Source of the DNA: an uncultured Desulfobulbia bacterium
GTDB lineage: Bacteria; Desulfobacterota; Desulfobulbia; Desulfobulbales; CG2-30-60-27
Length of the DNA: 60,056 nt
Assembly: GCA_964443295.1 (NCBI GenBank)
Contig: CAYUCH010000003.1
Span: forward strand, 1 to 60,056
Direction: 5' to 3'
The position numbers and the translations under genes were made by a program. Under the pieces are notes generated by a model. That model made no database searches and had not been told where the DNA came from. It saw only the letters and a program-made list of their open reading frames with translations. Shown here piece by piece: positions 1 through 10,288 of this stretch (positions are counted from its first letter, which is position 1; each line of letters opens with the position of its first letter).

Positions 1-40
1 AAGGGTTCAAGGGTTCAAGGGTTCAAGGGTTCAAGGGTTC
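1..40. repeat. Tandem octamer (AAGGGTTC)x5, truncated by the window edge
   Basis: Five perfect copies read directly at 1-40, downstream of mnmG. Confidence 0.95.
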
Positions 41-84
41 AAAAAAATTATATATGTAATACTGGCAATTTAGCAAGCAACAAC

Positions 85-1962
85 TTAGAGAAGACCGGCT
101 TTTTTGAGATGCACCTGAAGAACCGAGACTGCGGCTGGCGTGACACCAGGAATACGGGAAGCCTGCCCCAGAGTGCGTGGGGCTACTTTAGTCAATTTTT
201 CCACCACCTCATTGGATAGACCTGCAAGACCGTGGTATTTAAAATCTTCTGGCAATGTAACATTTTCCAGCTTTTTAAAACGGCCCACCTGTTCATTTTG
301 ACGACGAATATACCCTTCATATTTGATCTGCAGCTGCACCTCTTGTTGCACAAAAGACGCCACCTTCACTTCATCCCCGGTAATGCGATGGAGGTCATTA
401 ACAGTCAACTCAGGCCTTCTCATCAGATCAAACAGGCTGATGCCGTTTTTCAATGGAGCGCTGTTCAAACAGGACAATCGATCATTGACTCCTGCTTCCG
501 GACGAAGAACAGTTTCTGAAAGCCAGGCCAAGCCTTTCTCCATGGCATTTTTCTTATTCATAAAGGCATCAAAGGTCTCTTCTGTAACCAAACCTAATTC
601 ATGCCCCAGTTCACAAAGCCGCAAATCAGCATTATCTTCCCTGAGGAGCAATCGATATTCTGCTCTGGAAGTGAAAAGACGATACGGTTCTTTGGTTCCC
701 AGAGTGACCAAATCATCAATGAGTACACCGGTGTATGCCTGGGAGCGATCAAGAATCACTGGCTCAGCATCGCGGACCTGTTGCACAGCATTGATACCTG
801 CCATGAGTCCCTGGGCCGCAGCCTCTTCATAGCCGGAGGTACCGTTAATCTGGCCAGCCAGGAATAATCCCCCAATCCGCTTTGTTTCCAATGTTGGATG
901 AAGTTCCAGAGGATCCACGTAGTCATATTCAATGGCGTAACCTGCCCGAATTATTTCCACATTTTCAAGCCCTTCAATGGATCGTACCATGTCTACCTGT
1001 ACATCATAGGGCAGACTGGTGGGGATACCGTTTGGATAGACCTCCACAGTATCCAGACCTTCCGGTTCAAGAAAAATCTGATGCCGCCCTTTTTCAGGAA
1101 ATCGCATGATTTTATCTTCAATGGAAGGACAATAACGGGCCCCAACACCTTCGATTATACCGGTGAACATGGGCGAACGCCCCACTCCTTTTCTTATTAT
1201 TTCATGGGTTTGCTCGTTGGTATAGGTGATGTAACAAGGGAGCTGAGGAAGCTTGGGCTGATTGTCACTGGTAAATGAAAATAGCTGTGGCGGATCGTCG
1301 CTGTGCTGGGGAGAAAGCTTTTCGTAATCAATGGTGCTTCCATCAAGTCTTGGCACCGTTCCTGTTTTAAGGCGCCCCATAGAAAAACCAAGTTCGCGCA
1401 AATGTTCAGGAAGAAGAAGCGATGGTGCATCCCCCATACGACCGGCTGGGAAAGATTTCAATCCGACATGGATGAGTCCATTGAGAAAAGTACCTGTGGC
1501 AATGACCACCGTCCGGGCATAAATCTCCTCTTCCAATGAGGTGATCACTCCGGTGACCCGGCCATCTTCTATGAGCAACCGGTCTACAACGGCCTGCTTG
1601 ATATCCAAGCCTTCTTGTTGTTCAAGGACCGTTTTCATGCGGATCTGGTACAGACGTCGGTCAGCCTGAGCCCGGGAGGACCAGACAGCTGGACCTTTAC
1701 GAGTGTTCAGCCTTCTAAACTGGATACCCGTTGCGTCGATGTTTTTGGCCATCTCACCGCCAAGGGCATCAATTTCCTTAACCAGATGCCCCTTGGCAAG
1801 GCCACCCACTGCGGGGTTACATGACATGGCACCAATGGTATCGGCATTGATCACCGTGACGGCGGTCCGGCATCCCATTCGGGCCGCGGCCAGAGCTGCT
1901 TCGCAACCTGCATGGCCTGCACCGATTACAAGGACGTCATATGGCTTTGCTTTACTTGTCAT
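85..1962 (-). CDS. mnmG: tRNA uridine-5-carboxymethylaminomethyl(34) synthesis enzyme MnmG/GidA
   Basis: GAGHAG FAD motif, [34 protein letters not shown]; probable ATG at 1962 (ORF track starts 1983). Confidence 0.98.
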   Translation of the reverse strand: MTSKAKPYDVLVIGAGHAGCEAALAAARMGCRTAVTVINADTIGAMSCNPAVGGLAKGHLVKEIDALGGEMAKNIDATGIQFRRLNTRKGPAVWSSRAQADRRLYQIRMKTVLEQQEGLDIKQAVVDRLLIEDGRVTGVITSLEEEIYARTVVIATGTFLNGLIHVGLKSFPAGRMGDAPSLLLPEHLRELGFSMGRLKTGTVPRLDGSTIDYEKLSPQHSDDPPQLFSFTSDNQPKLPQLPCYITYTNEQTHEIIRKGVGRSPMFTGIIEGVGARYCPSIEDKIMRFPEKGRHQIFLEPEGLDTVEVYPNGIPTSLPYDVQVDMVRSIEGLENVEIIRAGYAIEYDYVDPLELHPTLETKRIGGLFLAGQINGTSGYEEAAAQGLMAGINAVQQVRDAEPVILDRSQAYTGVLIDDLVTLGTKEPYRLFTSRAEYRLLLREDNADLRLCELGHELGLVTEETFDAFMNKKNAMEKGLAWLSETVLRPEAGVNDRLSCLNSAPLKNGISLFDLMRRPELTVNDLHRITGDEVKVASFVQQEVQLQIKYEGYIRRQNEQVGRFKKLENVTLPEDFKYHGLAGLSNEVVEKLTKVAPRTLGQASRIPGVTPAAVSVLQVHLKKAGLL

Positions 1963-2021
1963 AAAATTGCGTTTTAAATCCAATCATGAGTCATCCATGA
2001 TTAGTCAAGAACTTCATACCA

Positions 2022-2184
2022 AGTAAGTGATCACAGGTGCAGTAGTGCGCCCGAAGGAAGTGCCCTTGGGGTATTCGTGTTCAGGGCAAGCAGACTATAG
2101 TTTTTTCGCTATGCTGCTTGCCCTTAACGCGGACAGGTCAGCGAGCCTGCGAGACTCCGGATGCTGTGCATGTGGTCACTTACT
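2022..2184. repeat. Dispersed hairpin/MITE-like element, copy 1 (long form)
   Basis: Terminal IR AGTAAGTGATCACA / TGTGGTCACTTACT (1 mismatch); inner stem AGGGCAAGCAG/CTGCTTGCCCT around TATAG..CTATG; related copies at 5605 and 24912. Confidence 0.8.
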
Positions 2185-2993
2185 CACTTTTTCCACCAGA
2201 TCAAAGCCCACCTAACTGGCGGCTTTCCCTCAATGGTCCACGTCCCCTGTGGGTGTTCGCACAGATGCTCATTAATAAAAATTTGGAGTTTTTCCTGTTC
2301 ATCCATAGTCGGATCATCCACCATCCAGGTGAGACTCTTTTCAGCTTCTTTACGAGTTGCAAATGGGCCATTCCGGTCGGCGGAGATAAAATTCACATTG
2401 GCCTGGATACCCATTTGATAGAGAATATTTACTGTGAAAATATAATCCGGACCCGTCTTAAACTCCCGCCCAATTGCCTCAAAAAGGGCTGGATACATGG
2501 GACCGTTTCCCACCCGATCAGTGATGAAAACCGCTTTTTCAGCATGATTATTCAGTTTTTCCAATGCAGCTCGGAGATCCTGAACGGCAAGAGATCGTGA
2601 CGCAATGGCCACATCGTGAACTCCAACTCCGGCTTGCTCCCAGTCGTCTTCCCAGGCAACCTGTATGGTGTGGACATTTTCATGTCCTGCTTCCCGAGCC
2701 TGCTCATTTAACACCCCAAGCATTTTGGCAGAAAAATCCAGGGCTGTGACCTGCCTGACCATCGATGCCATAGGTAAGCTCAATGTTCCTGGCCCAGCCC
2801 CAACATCCAAAACCGACCATTCTGGTTTTGGCTTCAAAGCTGCCAGAAATTCGTCCACATAGGTTGAACCAATATTACGTTTGGCAAAACCAGCAGCCCG
2901 CTTATCCCAATCACCTTTCTTTTTCTTCTTCCAGGACTTTTTGCGGCGACTCTCTTGCCACAATGTGTTCCAATCAATATCACGAGGGTCCAT
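2184..2993 (-). CDS. Class I SAM-dependent methyltransferase
   Basis: VLDVGAGPG motif I, TALDFS motif II. Confidence 0.9.
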   Translation of the reverse strand: MDPRDIDWNTLWQESRRKKSWKKKKKGDWDKRAAGFAKRNIGSTYVDEFLAALKPKPEWSVLDVGAGPGTLSLPMASMVRQVTALDFSAKMLGVLNEQAREAGHENVHTIQVAWEDDWEQAGVGVHDVAIASRSLAVQDLRAALEKLNNHAEKAVFITDRVGNGPMYPALFEAIGREFKTGPDYIFTVNILYQMGIQANVNFISADRNGPFATRKEAEKSLTWMVDDPTMDEQEKLQIFINEHLCEHPQGTWTIEGKPPVRWALIWWKK

Positions 2994-3033
2994 AATGAAA
3001 ATTCAAGACAAATAGGCTGGTAACTAAAGGTGG

Positions 3034-3348
3034 TTAATCTTCAATCTTTGATTTTATATCGGGCATGGTCTCGGGTTTGCTTGCATCCCATATACGGCTT
3101 TCTTTACCGGTTGCGGTAACATTTTCATAAACGCCATTATCCCGCCGAACGAGCTTGGTAAAACCCATATTTTTCAGATCACTATTGGTTTTGGGAGTAG
3201 AAACAGCAACAAGCGATATGAGCCGTTTCACTGGATTGCCGCAGTTTGGGCATTGGGTGAATTTATCACTGGACATTGGCTGGGTTACTTCAAAACAGGT
3301 TCCCAGTTCACATGCTTTTTCTGTATGTTCGTATTCGTATACCGGCAT
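3034..3348 (-). CDS. FmdB-family zinc-ribbon protein
   Basis: MPVYEY start, CPNCG knuckle; first ligand appears to be His rather than Cys. Confidence 0.85.
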   Translation of the reverse strand: MPVYEYEHTEKACELGTCFEVTQPMSSDKFTQCPNCGNPVKRLISLVAVSTPKTNSDLKNMGFTKLVRRDNGVYENVTATGKESRIWDASKPETMPDIKSKIED

Positions 3349-3367
3349 TTTTCTGTATCAAACTAAC

Positions 3368-4057
3368 TTAGCGTCTTTGGAGACGATTCAGAATAATAGT
3401 CAGTTCACCCTCATCAGATGACAATAAATTGGTCTTTGTGGCTATAGTATACTCTTTTTCCGCCAGTTCAAGAAACTTGGGCAGGCTTTTCCGTCGCGCA
3501 TCATGGGCCAGGAATATCACTCCATCGGGCTTTAATAGCGTAGAAAACAGGCTGAGAAGAGGTTCAAAAAAATCATCTCGGAAAAGAACTTCAGCGCCGA
3601 TGATTTTATCAAATGGTTCCATGGTGGGTGGTTTCATCCAATCAATATGTCGAAATTTCACCTCCGGTAAACCACTGGCAGCGGCATTAACCTTCTGAAA
3701 ATCTAAAATGACCTTTTCATAATCACTCAAGGTCACCTGATATCCTGCCGCGGCTGCGGCCAAACCAGGAGCTCCAAGACCGGCACCGATCTCCAGCAGG
3801 GATTCACCAGGAGCTGGCTTACCAGATGCCATCAATCCACCCAGCACCATGGCCGATTCCCACAGGCGTACCCAGAAAGGGAAGTCCTCGACATCTTTAA
3901 AAGGATCCTTTCCCGCCAAAAGTGGCTCAAGATCCTGGACTGTTAAAATTTCCAACTCTGTAGTGCCAAAACGCAATTTCTCAAAAGCTACTTTATACTT
4001 TTTACGTATATCCCGTAACTTTTTCGCTATTTCATCGGGTAACTCTCTGGATGACAT
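3368..4057 (-). CDS. SAM-dependent methyltransferase (protein-lysine methyltransferase-like)
   Basis: PFWVRLWESA, LLEIGAGLG, IIGAEVLF motifs. Confidence 0.85.
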   Translation of the reverse strand: MSSRELPDEIAKKLRDIRKKYKVAFEKLRFGTTELEILTVQDLEPLLAGKDPFKDVEDFPFWVRLWESAMVLGGLMASGKPAPGESLLEIGAGLGAPGLAAAAAGYQVTLSDYEKVILDFQKVNAAASGLPEVKFRHIDWMKPPTMEPFDKIIGAEVLFRDDFFEPLLSLFSTLLKPDGVIFLAHDARRKSLPKFLELAEKEYTIATKTNLLSSDEGELTIILNRLQRR

Positions 4058-4094
4058 GATCTTTTCTTCCTATCCTCAAACTACTTTTTAAAAA

Positions 4095-4904
4095 CTATAC
4101 AAACAATAAGGCTGCATACACAATCCCTGCCAAAACAAGACGATAATATGCAAAAATCTCGAATGACCTGGTACGGATATAACGCAGCAACAGGGCAATG
4201 ACCAGGTAGCCCGATAATGCGGCTGACAAAAAACCGGACAGATAAATTACGGTATTGCCACCAGCTGAGCTTTGTGCAACTATCTCCGGCAATTTATATA
4301 CTCCTGCCCCAAAAATTATGGGAGCTGAGAGCAAAAATGAAAACTTTGCAACGGCCTGCCTATTAAGTCCTCTAAACAAGCCGGCTGTCATAGTTATGCC
4401 GCTTCTCGACACACCCGGCATAATGGCCATGGCTTGGGCCAAACCGATTATCAACGCATCTTTCATGGTGATGGAGGAAAAATGTCGATCATGGCTACCT
4501 GCCTTTTCCCCCCAGAGTAAGAGAAGCCCTACGAGTCCTAACACCGTGGCTACAATAGCCGGAGCACGCATATGAGCTTCAGAAAAGTCTCCCAGAAAAA
4601 GACCTGCCAGAACACCTGGGATAGTTGCCAGACAAATGTATCCCACCATGGATCGCATCCGGCTCATATCTTCCGACTTATCATTATATGAAACCAGTGA
4701 TTTGCCCATGAGGAAAAAATCCTCTCGGAAATAAACAAGTATTGCCAATAATGTGCCGAGGTGGAGCGCTACGTCAAAGGCCAATTCCGCCTCTTCCGCC
4801 CCAAAAAAAGCATGGGCAAGGGCCAGATGACCGGAACTGGAAATGGGCAGAAATTCCGTTGCACCTTGCAAAATACCCATAAGTATTGCATAAAAAACTG
4901 TCAT
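4095..4904 (-). CDS. uppP: Undecaprenyl-diphosphate phosphatase (BacA)
   Basis: QGATEFLPISSSGH and PGVSRSG signatures. Confidence 0.97.
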   Translation of the reverse strand: MTVFYAILMGILQGATEFLPISSSGHLALAHAFFGAEEAELAFDVALHLGTLLAILVYFREDFFLMGKSLVSYNDKSEDMSRMRSMVGYICLATIPGVLAGLFLGDFSEAHMRAPAIVATVLGLVGLLLLWGEKAGSHDRHFSSITMKDALIIGLAQAMAIMPGVSRSGITMTAGLFRGLNRQAVAKFSFLLSAPIIFGAGVYKLPEIVAQSSAGGNTVIYLSGFLSAALSGYLVIALLLRYIRTRSFEIFAYYRLVLAGIVYAALLFV

Positions 4905-5055
4905 TCTTAACCTCACTCAATGACATTGCGTTATATATATGTACAAATCGCTTCAAGCGAAGGCACTATACGTGAGGGGAAGTTAAATGTAAACCCTTGC
5001 GTGCGATACGTTCCCATTACCTTTTTTAATTGTTTCTTCAATGACATAAAATTTA

Positions 5056-5553
5056 ATGGAATACCTGGAACACTGGCCGGATATTATTCTCAGCATCATT
5101 TTATTTGTCGGAATTGTAGGTTCTTTTGTTCCTGTCATACCTGGGACTGGCATTATTCTCTTGGGCGCTCTCTTTCATGGTCTCATCACAAACTTTTCAC
5201 CCATAAACTTTCAAGTACTTCTGGTGTTGGTGTTTTTCTTTTTGCTGGCCCAGGCAGGCCAGTATGTCGTCACAAGTATGGGAAGTAAAAAATTTGGATC
5301 AACGAAATACGGAATAATCGGTGCAGGGGTGGGAATGCTGGCCGGGTTTATCCTGCCCATACCAGGAGGTGGCTTTGTTGGGGCATTCCTTGGAGCCTTT
5401 TTGGCCGAGCTTCTTTTTGCCCTGCAAGACCTGAAAAACTCATTCAAGGCAGGAGCCGGTGCACTTTTAGGCGCCATTTTTTCACTGTTTTTCGAATTCG
5501 GCCTTGCCTGCACCATGGCAGGGCTTATTTTCTATAGCCTCTTTGCTGTTTAG
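5056..5553 (+). CDS. DUF456-type membrane protein
   Basis: Gly-rich hydrophobic helices, PVIPG and KKFGSTKYG pattern. Confidence 0.8.
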   Translation: MEYLEHWPDIILSIILFVGIVGSFVPVIPGTGIILLGALFHGLITNFSPINFQVLLVLVFFFLLAQAGQYVVTSMGSKKFGSTKYGIIGAGVGMLAGFILPIPGGGFVGAFLGAFLAELLFALQDLKNSFKAGAGALLGAIFSLFFEFGLACTMAGLIFYSLFAV

Positions 5554-5604
5554 GCACCTCATCGGGATAAACTCCCTACCAAATCCATCACTTCCCATAA
5601 ACTG

Positions 5605-5707
5605 AAATGATCACAGGTGCCGCAAATTCACGTTAACACGGGTGATCGCCATAGACTGCTATGCGGAGAGTCATGATGGAGTGACTATGTGATGGTTGTG
5701 ATCATTT
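5605..5707. repeat. Dispersed hairpin/MITE-like element, copy 2
   Basis: Perfect 11-bp terminal IR AAATGATCACA/TGTGATCATTT, central CATAG-actg-CTATG. Confidence 0.8.
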
Positions 5708-5709
5708 AC

Positions 5710-5750
5710 AAAAAAAAAGAGCTGTTTGATCATCAATGATCAAACAGCTC
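5710..5750 (-). terminator. Intrinsic terminator of the ExtJ-like gene
   Basis: Long perfect IR GAGCTGTTTGATCAT/ATGATCAAACAGCTC followed on the minus strand by a T9 tract. Confidence 0.9.
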
Positions 5751-5780
5751 AAATTCAGACAAAGACGTGCAAATAAGTAA

Positions 5781-5996
5781 TTAGCAGCCTTCGATGGCTT
5801 TGCTTCCACCACTTTTTTTGCTTTTTACGCTTACTTTATCACCAGCTTTCAGTTTGCTGGCTTTTTTGCAGGTCATGGTAACTTTGTCGCCGTCAACAGA
5901 GTCAACGGTGCATTTTACTTTAGCAGCGAAACCAACTGCTACAGTGCTCATAAGGAAGGCGGCTGCCAAAACGGAAACAAGTACTTTTTTGCTCAT
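5781..5996 (-). CDS. Small exported ExtJ-like protein with C-terminal ...EGC
   Basis: Signal peptide, small beta domain (VDSVDGDKVT), Lys-rich flexible tail ending Gly-Cys, strong AAGGAG RBS; resembles Geobacter ExtJ family as recalled. Confidence 0.7.
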   Translation of the reverse strand: MSKKVLVSVLAAAFLMSTVAVGFAAKVKCTVDSVDGDKVTMTCKKASKLKAGDKVSVKSKKSGGSKAIEGC

Positions 5997-6070
5997 CTCT
6001 CTACTCCTTTAAAAAAATTATGATACCCAGTCCCTCACGGACGTTTAAGCCTCTACTAAAACGAGAATAT

Positions 6071-6100
6071 CTTATAAAAGATTGCCTTAATGTCTGTCAA
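6071..6100 (-). promoter_or_regulatory. Candidate sigma70 promoter for the ExtJ-like gene
   Basis: TTGACA-N18-TATAAG on the minus strand. Confidence 0.5.
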
Positions 6101-6150
6101 GATGAAATTTTAATTTGCACCTTTGGGCTCAAAAGGGAGTTCCTGCACAT

Positions 6151-6678
6151 TTAATTTAATAACTTTTCAACATCCCTTCTTAAAATTTTATACGACGTAT
6201 AACCGGTGTACGTCCTTTGTTTTCTTCCGGTTCTATCTAAAAGAAAAGTGGTTGGCACACCGCGCACTCCTCCAAACTGAACCAAAACATTTTGGTCGGC
6301 AATCACTACCGGATAGTCGATCTTGCTCCGCTTAATAAATTTCTTCACAACCCGGCTCCCACCTTGATCAATGGAAATACCAAGAACAACCAACCCTTTC
6401 TCACCGAATTCTTCCTGCAACTTTTTGAGATAAGGAATTTCTTTGCGACAAGGAGGACACCAGGTGGCCCAAAAATTCACTAAAACCACCTTGCCTCTTA
6501 ATTGTCTCGAATCAATAATATTTCCATCTGGTACTGTTGCGAGAGAAAATTGAGGGATATCCGGTGCTGCTTGCGCAATATCGCTCGATAGTGCAAAAAA
6601 CAACATCCAAACAAAGACTCCGAAAACGATCTTAAAAGCAAAACAATTCCGGCACAAAAGCTTCATGAACATAGACAT
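6151..6678 (-). CDS. TlpA/ResA-family periplasmic disulfide reductase
   Basis: NFWATWCPPC, GVPTT cis-Pro loop, N-terminal hydrophobic segment. Confidence 0.92.
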   Translation of the reverse strand: MSMFMKLLCRNCFAFKIVFGVFVWMLFFALSSDIAQAAPDIPQFSLATVPDGNIIDSRQLRGKVVLVNFWATWCPPCRKEIPYLKKLQEEFGEKGLVVLGISIDQGGSRVVKKFIKRSKIDYPVVIADQNVLVQFGGVRGVPTTFLLDRTGRKQRTYTGYTSYKILRRDVEKLLN

Positions 6679-6787
6679 ACTCTTCTATCTGTAGAAAAAA
6701 TTCATACTCTATACTTTCTTTATTATGGGCCATATCCTTACCAGTCTTTCGCCACGATGACAAAGAAAAACAACTCTACGGGCCAAT

Positions 6788-6831
6788 AAAATGACCGGCA
6801 ACCATTATTATACTCATGGCGCCGGTCATTT
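6788..6831 (-). terminator. Probable terminator of the hcp operon
   Basis: IR AAATGACCGGC/GCCGGTCATTT downstream of the ferredoxin gene. Confidence 0.55.
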
Positions 6832-6863
6832 CATGCATATTGGACAAATCAACAGACAGTTCT

Positions 6864-7619
6864 TTAGTTGTTCAGTATTTCTCCCCGGGTGCTGATCACT
6901 ACTTCTTTTACAGGAATATCTGCACCAGCCCGTTTCAATGCCTCCTGAATAATACTCCGCATCCCCGAGCAGCAGGGGACTTCCATGATGGCAATGGTGA
7001 CGCTGGCAAGTTCAGCTGTGGCAAAAATATCACGGAATTTCTGCACATACATGTCCACTTCATCAAATTTTGGACAACCGACCAGTACAACTTTCCCCTT
7101 TAGAAGTTCACCATGAAAGTGTGGATATGCAAATGCTGTACAATCAGCAGCCACTAATAAATCTGCGCCTTTAAGAAAAGGTGCTGTGGGTGGCACCAAA
7201 CGAATCTGAAGAGGCCAGTGGGTCAAGGCTGATCCACCTGCCATCGGTGTAAGTCCACTCACCGGTTTATTGGCCTGCTGGCATGGTGTAAGAGTTGGAG
7301 CAGGAGCAGCGACTAAAGAAGGACCAGAGCACGCACAGGATGGAGCACTTACCTCTTTTTTTCTGGCAGCCTTTTGCTTTGCCAAGAGTTCCTCGACTGC
7401 CTGATGATCGTAATCTTCAACTTCTCTCTCAACTATGGTAAGCGCGCCTTCAGGGCATTCCCCCAAGCAGGCGCCTAGTCCATCACAATATTTTTCCCCT
7501 ATGATCCTGGCCTTGCCGTCAATAATTTCCAGAGCCCCCTCGGCACAAGACGGTACACAAACACCACAGCCGTTGCATAATTCTTCATCTATTTCAATAA
7601 TATTGCGCATTACTTTCAT
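6864..7619 (-). CDS. Hcp-associated 4Fe-4S dicluster protein (FrdX-like)
   Basis: CNGCGVCVPSC and CDGLGACLGECP, plus C-terminal AADC/GCPK/MEVPCC domain. Confidence 0.88.
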   Translation of the reverse strand: MKVMRNIIEIDEELCNGCGVCVPSCAEGALEIIDGKARIIGEKYCDGLGACLGECPEGALTIVEREVEDYDHQAVEELLAKQKAARKKEVSAPSCACSGPSLVAAPAPTLTPCQQANKPVSGLTPMAGGSALTHWPLQIRLVPPTAPFLKGADLLVAADCTAFAYPHFHGELLKGKVVLVGCPKFDEVDMYVQKFRDIFATAELASVTIAIMEVPCCSGMRSIIQEALKRAGADIPVKEVVISTRGEILNN

Positions 7620-7680
7620 ACTCTTTCTCCTTGCATCCTTCCTTCAGCAACGGTTGGTTATATTTCCTCACATCCGTGTT

Positions 7681-8370
7681 TCAGCTTATATTCAATACTT
7701 CCCTTGCCAAACCTGCGCCCCTTTCAGTGTAAAAATTCTGCTCAATGAACTCCGTTAATTCATCATCTGTTCTAGGAGTTTCTTTTTGCGCTTCGTCCAA
7801 AGTCACGACCATGAGAGCATCGTGCAGTACTTTAGATTCAATACTACTTGCTTGATTCATGTTTGCGGTTTGACGTAAAAGATCTATTACTTCTAAGATA
7901 AAATTCGCCTCTGCATCAATGGCCTTTAAAATCTCTTTAGGAAAATCTTTATCAAAATTTTCTTCACTCTCAAAATCATAGAGTAGAGCCGAGACCATGA
8001 CCACGGCAAGTTTACAGGCTTCTTCTCTACCAATTTCTTCGGCATATTGCACTGCTTTGGATGCCCGGCCGAAACGTTGAAAATCTCCTTCACACTGCCG
8101 TTTCAGTTCTATGGCCACCTTATCTTTAATGAGCTCCTGTTTCTTGGCAGCTAGTTCCGGCGGCAGAGAGCCTAAACACTGTTCAGCATAGGGACAATAA
8201 GAAGCACAGCCAAAATCAATCCGGGGATTCAACATCCGGTGACCGCAATTTCGGCACGTCCTGGTGGAGTCATCTTTAAAGAACTCTACCACGTGCGAGC
8301 ATTCCGGACACTTTGCTTCAAAAATTGCCGCGTCATCCCAGTAGCGACTATCTTGACCAGGGCATTGCAT
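7681..8370 (-). CDS. Cys-rich N-terminal domain fused to a degenerate HD-like domain
   Basis: MQCPGQD, CPEC, CRNC, CASYCPYAEQC; LLYD where HD would be expected. Confidence 0.65.
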   Translation of the reverse strand: MQCPGQDSRYWDDAAIFEAKCPECSHVVEFFKDDSTRTCRNCGHRMLNPRIDFGCASYCPYAEQCLGSLPPELAAKKQELIKDKVAIELKRQCEGDFQRFGRASKAVQYAEEIGREEACKLAVVMVSALLYDFESEENFDKDFPKEILKAIDAEANFILEVIDLLRQTANMNQASSIESKVLHDALMVVTLDEAQKETPRTDDELTEFIEQNFYTERGAGLAREVLNIS

Positions 8371-8449
8371 GGTGTCCTCTCCCTAAAAATTATTCAAAAA
8401 GGTTTAATTGTGGGGAAGCAGTGGTAGATACTCCTTCCCCACTTTACTA

Positions 8450-10075
8450 TTAACCTAATATGGCCTGCAGGTCTTCATCCGCTGTGGAGATGGGCTTGAT
8501 CTCAAAATTCTGAACCAGCACATCAAGAACACCTGGGGTAATGAAAGCAGGAAGGCTTGGGCCAAGACGGATATTCTTGACACCCAAGGAGAAGAGTGAC
8601 AGAAGAATAACCACGGCCTTCTGCTCATACCAGGACAGAACTAATGAAAGCGGCAGATCATTTACACCGCATTCAAATGCATCGGCCAAGGCCAGGGCAA
8701 TTTTCACCGCAGAGTAAGCATCATTACATTGCCCGATATCCAGAAGTCGAGGAATGCCACCGATATCACCAAGCTGTTTGTCAAAGAAACGAAATTTGCC
8801 GCATGCCAGAGTCATTACCATGCAATCCTCTGGAATTTTCTCAACCAGCTCAGTGTAGTAATTACGTCCAGGCTTGGCTCCATCACAGCCACCAACCAGG
8901 AAGAAATGACGGATAGCCTTACTTTTTACCGCATCAATTACCTTGTCAGCCACTGACATCACTGTATTCCGACCAAAACCAACCAAAACCGTGCCTTTAT
9001 CCGTATCCGCAGGGAAACCATCCATGGCCAGCGCTTTTTCGATCACTGGACCAAAATCGCCATTCTGTACATGGGTAACTCCAGGCCAACCAACCAGGCC
9101 AGTGGTAAAGATATCATTGAAATATGAATCTTTGGGCTTCTGAATACAATTTGTGGTCATAAGAATAGCACCGGGGAATTCGGCAAATTCCTTGGCCTGA
9201 TTCTGCCATGCTGTTCCATAATGGCCATAAAAATGATCGTATTTCTTTAATTCAGGGTAACCGTGGCAAGGAAGCATCTCACCATGGGTATAGATATTGA
9301 TTCCCTTGTCTTTTGTTTGTTCCAGCAAGTCAGCCAGGTCTTTCAAGTCATGGCCGGAAACCAGGATTGCTTTGCCTGCTTTGGCACCAAGAGGAACCTC
9401 GGTTGGCACAGGATGGCCATACGTTCCGGTATTTCCTGCATCCAGCAATTCCATGGCCCGAATATTCACTTCACCGCATTTCAAGGCCAAGGCAACACAG
9501 TCATCAGCTGTAAGGTCAGTGCGCAACAAGCCGGCTAAAGCCTCATGGATAAATGTGTAGACTGCATCATCTTCCTGGCCGAGAATTTTTGCATGGTCTG
9601 CATATGCAGCCAAGCCCTTCAATCCAAAAAGCAGTGTATGCTTCAGGCTGGTAATATCCGCATTCTCGCCACCAGGCTGTAATTCGACCGCCTCACCCTG
9701 CTTAACTATTCCATCCATAAACCCTTCTGGGGTGAAATTGGCAGCTGCCTCGTCAAAATTAACATTGCCACCGGCTGCCTGGACTTTCTCTTTTAATTGT
9801 TCACGCAAGGCGACTGTACGGTTAATCAGAGAAACAAAACGCTCTTCATCAAAATTCACATTGGTCAAGGTTGAAAACACACCTTCACAAGTAAAAAGGT
9901 CTACTTCATTATCCGTAACGCCAACCTTCCGACCTTCAACAGCATAGAGGGCAAGACCCTGTAAAGCATGGATAAGCAGGTCCTGTAGAGCAGACACATT
10001 GGGTTGTTTTCCACAAACACCAATTGTTGTGCATCCAGTCCCTTTGGCAGCTTGTTCACATTGGTAACAAAACAT
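8450..10075 (-). CDS. hcp: Hybrid cluster protein (hydroxylamine/NO reductase)
   Basis: MFCYQCEQ..GC..GVCGK, SGHDL, THGEM, GQCNDAY, LSWYEQKA. Confidence 0.98.
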   Translation of the reverse strand: MFCYQCEQAAKGTGCTTIGVCGKQPNVSALQDLLIHALQGLALYAVEGRKVGVTDNEVDLFTCEGVFSTLTNVNFDEERFVSLINRTVALREQLKEKVQAAGGNVNFDEAAANFTPEGFMDGIVKQGEAVELQPGGENADITSLKHTLLFGLKGLAAYADHAKILGQEDDAVYTFIHEALAGLLRTDLTADDCVALALKCGEVNIRAMELLDAGNTGTYGHPVPTEVPLGAKAGKAILVSGHDLKDLADLLEQTKDKGINIYTHGEMLPCHGYPELKKYDHFYGHYGTAWQNQAKEFAEFPGAILMTTNCIQKPKDSYFNDIFTTGLVGWPGVTHVQNGDFGPVIEKALAMDGFPADTDKGTVLVGFGRNTVMSVADKVIDAVKSKAIRHFFLVGGCDGAKPGRNYYTELVEKIPEDCMVMTLACGKFRFFDKQLGDIGGIPRLLDIGQCNDAYSAVKIALALADAFECGVNDLPLSLVLSWYEQKAVVILLSLFSLGVKNIRLGPSLPAFITPGVLDVLVQNFEIKPISTADEDLQAILG

Positions 10076-10162
10076 AACATCCTCCTTTTCTTTTGATAAC
10101 TAATCGAGACCGATGGTTAAATCCATTCGGTTGTGTTTAAGTGGATACGCACTGTTGACTAA

Positions 10163-10205
10163 ATGATAGCAGACCCTGGAAACACTTTTCTTTGACTTAG
10201 ATCAA
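10163..10205 (-). promoter_or_regulatory. HcpR/FNR-type box plus extended -10 (class II promoter) of hcp
   Basis: TTGAT-CTAA-GTCAA at 10192-10205 (minus strand); TGC-TATCAT extended -10 at 10163-10171; box centre about 42 nt from the predicted start. Confidence 0.8.
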
Positions 10206-10288
10206 GTGCGGTATTTTTTTTCAAAAAATGCTATGTATTATTGCACTGGATTCTTCAGGATTAATTCACTCAACTTTTTCACCATCTT

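Noticed and set aside
6025..6055. Small GTGA-loop hairpin in the ExtJ-like leader as a riboswitch
   Set aside because: Stem is short and no second conserved helix of a known aptamer is recognisable
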